Below are positions 58,044-64,000 of a stretch of 64,000 bases of DNA, one piece after another. Both the position numbers and the translations under genes were made by a program. Source of the DNA: Myxococcota bacterium (GTDB taxonomy: Bacteria > Myxococcota_A > Polyangia > Nannocystales > Nannocystaceae); the NCBI GenBank assembly GCA_039028615.1, contig JBCCHT010000046.1:1-64000 (forward strand), in the 5' to 3' direction. The notes beneath the pieces are model-generated. The model searched no databases. It worked only from the letters and a program-made list of their open reading frames with translations, and was not told where the DNA came from. Positions within the stretch are counted from its first letter, which is position 1. The number at the start of each line of letters is the position of its first letter.

Positions 58044-59495
58044 ATGCGCAACATCAATCGCATCATCGGCCTGGCTACCCTCGGACTGGCGCTCGGCGCC
58101 GCCGGTGGCTGTAAGAACAAGAACAAGGGCACCAATGGCCCCGGTGGCGGTGGCGGTGCTCCGCCCTCGGCGGCGCTCGACCCCACCAAGGCTTCGGCCG
58201 AGGCCAAGAAGGACTTCGCCGGAGTGGCGAAGAAGTACGCGGCGGCGAAGGAGAAAGGCCCCTTGTCCAAGGGGCAGTGCGAGACCTTCTCGAAGGACTT
58301 CGAGAAGATCTACAAGAAGCACGGCGAGCAGATGACGGTCGCGTACTTCAACGCGGGCGCCGTCTGGGACGAGTGCGGCGACGACAAGAAGGCCGAGGAG
58401 ATCTACCTCAAGGTCACCAAGGCGGTGCCGAAGTACGACCTCTCGTACAACAACCTCGGCGTCATCTACTGGAACCGCAACAAAGAGGAAGAGGCGCTCA
58501 AGTACTTCAAGAAGGCAGTGGAGGCCAACATGGCCACCCGCGCCCCGCGTAACAACCTCGCGGCCGCCCTGCGGAACAAGTACTCGAACAGCACCGACCA
58601 GAAGCTCTTCGACGAGGCCGAGCGAACCCTGCAGCGGGTGCTCGCGGTCGACTCCAGCAACCAGCTGGCGTACGAGAACCTGGCGCGGCTGTACTACGAC
58701 CGCGGTCGTCTCAAGGACAAGTCCTACCTCCTCCTCGCCGACCTGGTCATCACCCAGGCCAACACCGTCTTGAAGAAGGACGGAGTCGAGAGCGCAGACC
58801 TGTTCAACCTCAAGGGTCTGCTCTTCATGGAGCACAACGACCAGGTCTCCGCGCTGCGTGCCTTCAAGAAGGCGGCGTCGCTCAAGCCCGAGCACGCCGA
58901 CGCGCACATGAACATCGCGCTCATCGCGATTCGGTTCCGTGACTACGGCACCGCCGAGGAGAGCCTGACCATCGCGGTCAAGGACAAGCGCCAGAAGAAG
59001 AACGCCGAGGCGTTCCTCGGGCTGGGCGTCGCCCAGCGTGGCCTTCGCAAGTACCCCGAGGCCGAGAAGTCCTTCAAGAAGGCCATCGACCTCGCCAAGA
59101 GCGATCCCCGGCCGCTATACAACCTCGGAATCCTCTATCACGAGCACATCGCTGCGGCTCAAGAGGACTTCAGCAAAAAGCCCTACGACACGGCCAAGGA
59201 CTACTACAACAAGTTCGTGGCCAAGGCCGGGGGCAAGTCCGACTTTGCCGCGCAGGTCGACGACGCCAAGTCGCGTGTCGCCGCCATCGATCAGCTCTTC
59301 AAGGACATCGAAGAGATGAAGAAGCTCGAGGCGGAGCAGGAGCGGCTCATGGAGATCGAGCGCAAGCAGCAGGCCGAGGAGAAGAAGCGTCTTCTCGACC
59401 TCGAGGCCAAGGCCCGCGCCGCGGCTTCCGGCGGTGGTGCTCCCGCGGCTGATGCCGGCGGCGGCGAAGAGAAGAAGGAAGAAGAGAAGAAGTAG
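58044..59495 (+). CDS. gltE: Gliding motility TPR lipoprotein GltE (AglT)-like
   Basis: Lipobox AAGGC, TPR repeats (YNNLG, YNLGILY), C-terminal coiled coil, and synteny. Confidence 0.8.
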   Translation: MRNINRIIGLATLGLALGAAGGCKNKNKGTNGPGGGGGAPPSAALDPTKASAEAKKDFAGVAKKYAAAKEKGPLSKGQCETFSKDFEKIYKKHGEQMTVAYFNAGAVWDECGDDKKAEEIYLKVTKAVPKYDLSYNNLGVIYWNRNKEEEALKYFKKAVEANMATRAPRNNLAAALRNKYSNSTDQKLFDEAERTLQRVLAVDSSNQLAYENLARLYYDRGRLKDKSYLLLADLVITQANTVLKKDGVESADLFNLKGLLFMEHNDQVSALRAFKKAASLKPEHADAHMNIALIAIRFRDYGTAEESLTIAVKDKRQKKNAEAFLGLGVAQRGLRKYPEAEKSFKKAIDLAKSDPRPLYNLGILYHEHIAAAQEDFSKKPYDTAKDYYNKFVAKAGGKSDFAAQVDDAKSRVAAIDQLFKDIEEMKKLEAEQERLMEIERKQQAEEKKRLLDLEAKARAAASGGGAPAADAGGGEEKKEEEKK

Positions 59496-59747
59496 TCGAC
59501 CGGCTTCGGCCGACTTCATCGACACGCGAGGGCGGTCCACCATCGGTGGGTCGCCCTTCGTACGTCGAGCCTCCGTGCGAACGAAGCTTCACGCTTCGAG
59601 CACTCGGGCGATCTCCCGCTGGATGAAAAGCAGCTCGGTTGGAAGGGTTCGTGCCGTCGCTTGCCTTCGTTGCGTGACGAGGGGTCCAGGTGCCTCATCG
59701 ACGTCGGCGGGAACTCTTCGTAGGGGATTTCGTTAGCGCGATCACTG

Positions 59748-59776
59748 TTTACAAGCCGCTTGTCCGCCGGTAGGAT
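59748..59776 (+). promoter_or_regulatory. Sigma70-type internal promoter upstream of gltF
   Basis: TTTACA - 17 nt - TAGGAT. Confidence 0.65.
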
Positions 59777-59836
59777 GCCAAACGAGGCTGGGTAGGATAC
59801 CTGGCCATTTCAACGCACCTCTAGAGAGGGTCTGTT

Positions 59837-60115
59837 ATGCGCGCAGCAGCCATCTCCTTCGTTTCTGTGATGCTTTTCGCCGGGACGGCCTACGCCGAGC
59901 CCGAAGCCCCCGCTGGCGACGCCGATTCGGCCGCCTTTTCCGGAGAGGACGGCGGAGTCGCCGTCTACGACTTCGAAGACGACAACGTCGACGGTGAAGT
60001 CCTTCGGCCCGAGGGCGCGAACCTGTCCTCTCGTCGAAGCCTCAAGCACGCGAGCTTGATCAACATTCGCCCCCACTTCTTGCGGGAGCTCATCAACCTC
60101 GCCCGCGACGTTTGA
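59837..60115 (+). CDS. gltF: Gliding motility protein GltF (CglF)-like
   Basis: Signal peptide, YDFEDD.VDG....PEG and SLI.IR.HF..EL. Lies between gltE and gltG. Confidence 0.82.
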   Translation: MRAAAISFVSVMLFAGTAYAEPEAPAGDADSAAFSGEDGGVAVYDFEDDNVDGEVLRPEGANLSSRRSLKHASLINIRPHFLRELINLARDV

Positions 60116-60289
60116 TGCCGCGCTGGGCCCTCGAGCGGGTGTTCGGCCATCGTGCCGGGCCTCGCTTCACTACGGTCCAGGTAGTGCGAAGGCTCACGAC
60201 TTTTTAATTCAACCGATCGACACTTTTCCGGGAACCTCTGTGACCCGGGGATGTCTAGGCCGCACGAACCCAGCCCAGGACGCGCCGCC

Positions 60290-62410
60290 ATGTCCCAGAC
60301 GCTGAATCTCAAGATCTACAAGAACAACGAATTCCTCGAGGCGAAGACGCTCTCTCAAGACGTCATCAAGATCGGTAAGCTCAAGAGCAGCCATCTGTGC
60401 CTCGAGGACGACACGGTCGCGCGAATGCACGCCGTGATCGAGGTTTCAGGCTCGGACATCCGCGTCATCGACCTTGGTAGTTCCACCGGCACGGTGCTCA
60501 ACGAGCAGCGGGTCGAGAAGAACGCCAGCCTCAAGAGCGGAGACGCTCTGGTCTTCGGTCCCTACAAGATCGAGATCGAGGTCATGGCCGCTGCTGCCGC
60601 GCCCGTCGCTACCCCGGTCCAGGCCCAGGTCGCCCCGCAAGCCGCGGCTGCCGCGCCCGTCGCCGCTGCCGCTGCTGCTCCGCAAATGGCGCCGCAGGTG
60701 GCTCAGGCGGCCGCGATGCAGGCCCGCCCCCCGATGCAAATCGATGCGTCGGAGGTCGAGCGCCAAGACGGTCAGGTCGCCGAGGTCATCTCGCAGTTCC
60801 AAGACACCGTGCTCGATGTGCAGCACGTGGGTCAGGTCAAGAGCAAGCGTAGCCAAGCTCCGCTGTTCTTGGTCTTCGGCGGTGCTCTCATGGCGGTGGG
60901 CACCGGTCTCGTCGCTGTCGACGTGATGCAGGACTGGGAGGCCTACCACGACAAGCAGGCCAAGGCGCTCGAACTCGGTCGTCCCGAGCCCCAGCCGCCC
61001 GGTCTCGGCTTCGCTGGTTTGGGTATCGGCCTGGCTCTGTTCGGCCTCATTCCCTTCGGGTTCGGCATCGTTCGTCTCGGGGATACCGGCGTCGGCAACT
61101 ACACCGTCGGTGAGGGTCACAACGCGACCTTCCACGTGCCGACCCAGGGCCTGCCCGACTCGTCCGGCTTCCCGCTGGTCCGCGCCAACAACAACGACTA
61201 CACCCTGAACTTCACGCAGGACATGACCGGCGACGTGACCCTCGAGGGTCAGAAGCTGGCGCTGTCCGAGCTGGTGTCTTCGGGTCGCGCGGGCGCGATG
61301 GGTTCGATGTACTCGTTCCCGCTGCCGACCGGCGCGCAGTGCCGTCTCGAGCACAACGGGGTCACGTACCACGTCAACACGGTCCCCCCGGGCAAGGCCA
61401 TCGCGGGCAAGTCCGAGACGGACAAGCCGTTCTGGATCTACAACGCCGGCTCGTTCGCGGTCCTCGGCACCCTGCTCGTCATGGTGCACCTCATCCCCGA
61501 GGAAGAGCTGTCCATGAACATGGACGAGCTCATGGCCGAGAACCGCTTCGTCGGTTACATGAACCAGCCCGACGAGACTCCCGAGGAGGAGCCGCCGCCC
61601 GAGCAAGAGGACTCGGACGACGAAGCGGGCGGTCAGGGTCAGCGCCACAAGGGCGAGGAGGGCAAGATGGGTAAGCCCACCTCCAAGCAGAAGTCCGGCC
61701 TCTACGCGATGAAGGGTCCGAAGGACGCCGTCCCGCAGATGGCTCGTAACTTCGACCCCGAGATGATGGCTCGCAACGCCGGTATTCTCGGCATGATGGC
61801 CCAGGAGAGCGGTCACTTCCTCGCGTCGCCGTACGGCGGTGCCTTCGCGGTCGGTAACGACGACGAAGATGTTTGGGGTGGTCTGACCGGCACCGAGGTC
61901 GGCGAGGCGTTCGGCGTCGGCGGTCTCGGCCTGGTGGGTACCGGTCGTGGTGGTGGTGGTACCGGCGAGGGCACCATTGGTCTCGGCAACACCGGCCTCA
62001 TCGGCAAGGGTGGCGGCGGTGGTACCGGCTCCGGCTACGGCCGCGGTTCGGGTGCCGGCTTCGGTGGTCGCGGCAAGCGAGTCCCCCGAGTCCGTCAGGC
62101 GAAGGCGCAGGTCAAGGGCGCCCTCGACAAGGACATCATTCGGCGTATCGTCCGGGCCCACATCAACGAGGTCCGCTACTGCTACAACCAGGGCCTGGCC
62201 CGCGATCCCAACCTCAAGGGACGCGTTGCGGTCCAGTTCACCATTGGCCCGACCGGCAAGGTCCCCGTCGCCGTCGTTGCGCAGACCTCGCTCAAGGACA
62301 AGAACGTGGCGAACTGCGTGGCCAAGGCGGTCAAGCGCTGGAAGTTCCCCAAGCCGCCCGGTGGTGGCAACGCGGTGGTCACCTACCCGTTCGTCCTCGA
62401 GCCCGGCTGA
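60290..62410 (+). CDS. gltG: Gliding motility protein GltG (PglI)-like: FHA, TM segments, Gly-rich linker, TonB-C-like domain
   Basis: FHA (IKIGK..SSHL.L.D..V.RMHAVI...DLGS..GT.LN), TM segments, G(T/L)G-rich linker, and GALDK..IRR.V..H..EV.YCY...L...P.L.G.V...F.I...G.V...W.FP.P.GGG...V.YPF. Confidence 0.87.
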   Translation: MSQTLNLKIYKNNEFLEAKTLSQDVIKIGKLKSSHLCLEDDTVARMHAVIEVSGSDIRVIDLGSSTGTVLNEQRVEKNASLKSGDALVFGPYKIEIEVMAAAAAPVATPVQAQVAPQAAAAAPVAAAAAAPQMAPQVAQAAAMQARPPMQIDASEVERQDGQVAEVISQFQDTVLDVQHVGQVKSKRSQAPLFLVFGGALMAVGTGLVAVDVMQDWEAYHDKQAKALELGRPEPQPPGLGFAGLGIGLALFGLIPFGFGIVRLGDTGVGNYTVGEGHNATFHVPTQGLPDSSGFPLVRANNNDYTLNFTQDMTGDVTLEGQKLALSELVSSGRAGAMGSMYSFPLPTGAQCRLEHNGVTYHVNTVPPGKAIAGKSETDKPFWIYNAGSFAVLGTLLVMVHLIPEEELSMNMDELMAENRFVGYMNQPDETPEEEPPPEQEDSDDEAGGQGQRHKGEEGKMGKPTSKQKSGLYAMKGPKDAVPQMARNFDPEMMARNAGILGMMAQESGHFLASPYGGAFAVGNDDEDVWGGLTGTEVGEAFGVGGLGLVGTGRGGGGTGEGTIGLGNTGLIGKGGGGGTGSGYGRGSGAGFGGRGKRVPRVRQAKAQVKGALDKDIIRRIVRAHINEVRYCYNQGLARDPNLKGRVAVQFTIGPTGKVPVAVVAQTSLKDKNVANCVAKAVKRWKFPKPPGGGNAVVTYPFVLEPG

Positions 62411-62431
62411 TCTCGCCGGTTCGGAGATTGG

Positions 62432-62474
62432 GAACAAGCAAGAGGGCTCGCTTCGGCGGGCCCTCTGCTCGTTC
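62432..62474 (+). terminator. Long stem-loop with a UUCG loop after gltG
   Basis: AGAGGGCTCGC-TTCG-GCGGGCCCTCT, extended by GAAC/GTTC. No U-tract. Confidence 0.55.
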
Positions 62475-62695
62475 GAACACCTACGAGTCGAGCGAGCGTC
62501 TCAGCACTGATTGATTGCAGCGGGTGCACGCCGACTCGTTGGGCGGCCGGCGTGGTCGTTTCTTTGAACGCGATCGCGACGATCGTGAGGGCGGGTGTCG
62601 ATAAGGTCATGGGCAGGCTTCGATCACCTTGTCACCAGATCGGTGCATGGCTAAACTCGGCCAGCCTCGCGCTCCCCCCTGTCAAGAGAGACCAG

Positions 62696-63607
62696 ATGCG
62701 CCGCGTTTCCGTCGCCCTAGCGATCGCCCTTCCCATGCTCGTGGCCAGTGCGCCCGGTTGTAAGCTGACCAGCCGCAACCGTGCCCAAGCCATCAACCGG
62801 ATGAATGAAGGCATTCGCAGTGAGGCCAAGAACAATACGTCTCAAGCCGAAAAGTCGTTGAAGGAAGCGATCGAATTCGATCCGACCTACGACAAGGCCC
62901 ACTTTCACCTCGGCCAGATTTACCGGAAGCAAGGCAAGCTGGTCGACGCCCAGAAGGCCTTCGAAGATGCCATTGCGAACATGGCCGAGAGCCCCAAGGC
63001 GAACTACCACTACCAGCTCGGCCGGGTGATCATCAGCCAGGCCGAGGCGTCGGGAGTGAGCCAGGCCGATCGCGAGGCCAAGTTCAAAGAGGCGATCGCC
63101 GCGTTCCAAGACGCGATCAAGCTCGACCCCAAGCACTACAAGGCCTACTACCACGTCGGTAAGCTGAACGACCGCCTCGACCAACCGGTGCAGGCGGACG
63201 AGGCCTTCCGCAAGGCCATCGAGGTCAACGGTCGCTTCGTCGATTCGTTCGTCGACCTCGGCAACATGTACATCGACTACGGCCACGCCAACGTCGGCCT
63301 CGCCGTGCTCGATGCGGGCGTGCAGGTCAACGACACCAACGCTGCCATGTGGAACGGCCTGGGTCGCGCGCGAAGCAAGCTCAACCGCCACGAAGAGGCA
63401 GTCGAGGCGTTCAGCAAGGCCAAGGCGATCGACCCCGATCGCGTCGACGTCCTCTACGGTCTCGGCAAGTCCTACGCCGAGCTCCGCAAGCGGGCCGAGG
63501 CGGTCGAGCACCTCCAGGCATTCCTTCAGCGGGCCGGCAACGAAGTGCCCGAGCACCTGAAGAAGGACGCCAACAACACCGTGGCCCGGATGCAGGACGT
63601 CATCTAG
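62696..63607 (+). CDS. TPR-repeat lipoprotein
   Basis: Probable lipobox APGC followed by consecutive TPRs (AIEFDP.Y..AHF.LG.IY, AI.LDP..Y.AYY..G, WNGLG). Confidence 0.85.
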   Translation: MRRVSVALAIALPMLVASAPGCKLTSRNRAQAINRMNEGIRSEAKNNTSQAEKSLKEAIEFDPTYDKAHFHLGQIYRKQGKLVDAQKAFEDAIANMAESPKANYHYQLGRVIISQAEASGVSQADREAKFKEAIAAFQDAIKLDPKHYKAYYHVGKLNDRLDQPVQADEAFRKAIEVNGRFVDSFVDLGNMYIDYGHANVGLAVLDAGVQVNDTNAAMWNGLGRARSKLNRHEEAVEAFSKAKAIDPDRVDVLYGLGKSYAELRKRAEAVEHLQAFLQRAGNEVPEHLKKDANNTVARMQDVI

Positions 63608-63983
63608 ACGCGCGTTCGTGGCTATTGGGCTGTTTTCATTCGCAGCGGAGGCCTGACCGGGCCTCCCTTCATCATCATAGTGGCCCCGTAGGGGACGGTC
63701 GAACGTCGGTGTTCGACTGTCTCGGGCGGGGCGTACTGTCAGCGCGTCCCCGGGCGAAAGCAGAAGTCGACCAGCGAGTCGACCTGTTTTCGTTGTCGGA
63801 ACGGGACGGCGTAGCCCAGCCGACTGCCCAGGAACCTCGGTTCCGGCACGGCTGTTTTGGAAGCCTCGACTCGACGCCCACCACCTGCGTGGCCGGCGTT
63901 GAAGCGTCGGTTTTGCACGTGGTATATCGAGCCTGGCTCGAGCGGCGAAATTCCTCAGTAAGTCTCGAAGGATAGAGCCCCAG

Positions 63984-64000
63984 ATGGAACTGACCCAGCG
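63984..64000 (+). CDS. Probable start of the next gene (MELTQ...), truncated by the window edge
   Basis: ATG preceded by AAGGA (63968-72) and a TTGAAG-N18-TATATC promoter-like element (63899-63928). Confidence 0.4.

Noticed and set aside
61870..62080. GGT/GGC-rich low-complexity DNA
   Set aside because: It encodes the Gly-rich linker of GltG and is not an independent repeat.
63970..64000. TGGAACTGACCC resembling an IS3-type end
   Set aside because: No partner repeat or transposase is visible. An SD plus ATG gene start explains it better.

Overview
High-GC window from a myxobacterium, most likely of the Nannocystineae type. This is inferred from the Glt gliding cluster, Myxococcales Cys-rich repeats, a PilZ protein and a DHCR24-like sterol reductase. 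In order, the window holds: (1) a complete IS5-family element inserted into the CTAG that forms the boxB stop codon; (2) boxC-boxB of the aerobic benzoyl-CoA epoxide pathway; (3) a co-oriented run of RNase G, PilZ, J-domain, two paralogous SAM methyltransferases (one fused to a ~210-aa histone-H1-like Lys/Ala tail), a Delta24-sterol reductase, a sulfurtransferase and an orphan Tle1/DUF2931 effector-immunity pair; (4) a divergent flavoprotein/COG0523 pair flanking tandem TGCAA-N5-TTGCA boxes; (5) a group of lipoprotein hydrolases (PLD, HAD, MBL, GH5); (6) a 162-bp MITE that shares target site and end motif with the IS5; (7) a STAND-TPR gene, a LysR, an SDR-hydrolase fusion and an FG-GAP protein; (8) a rearranged rpsP / khpA-rimM-trmD-rplS-yraN locus interrupted by a UshA-like tetraheme cytochrome and rimO; and (9) a merged cglC-gltC-gltD-gltE-gltF-gltG gliding-motility cluster. 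I saw no rRNA, tRNA or CRISPR array. All calls rest on motif reading alone, no database searches were run, and several start codons are best guesses.
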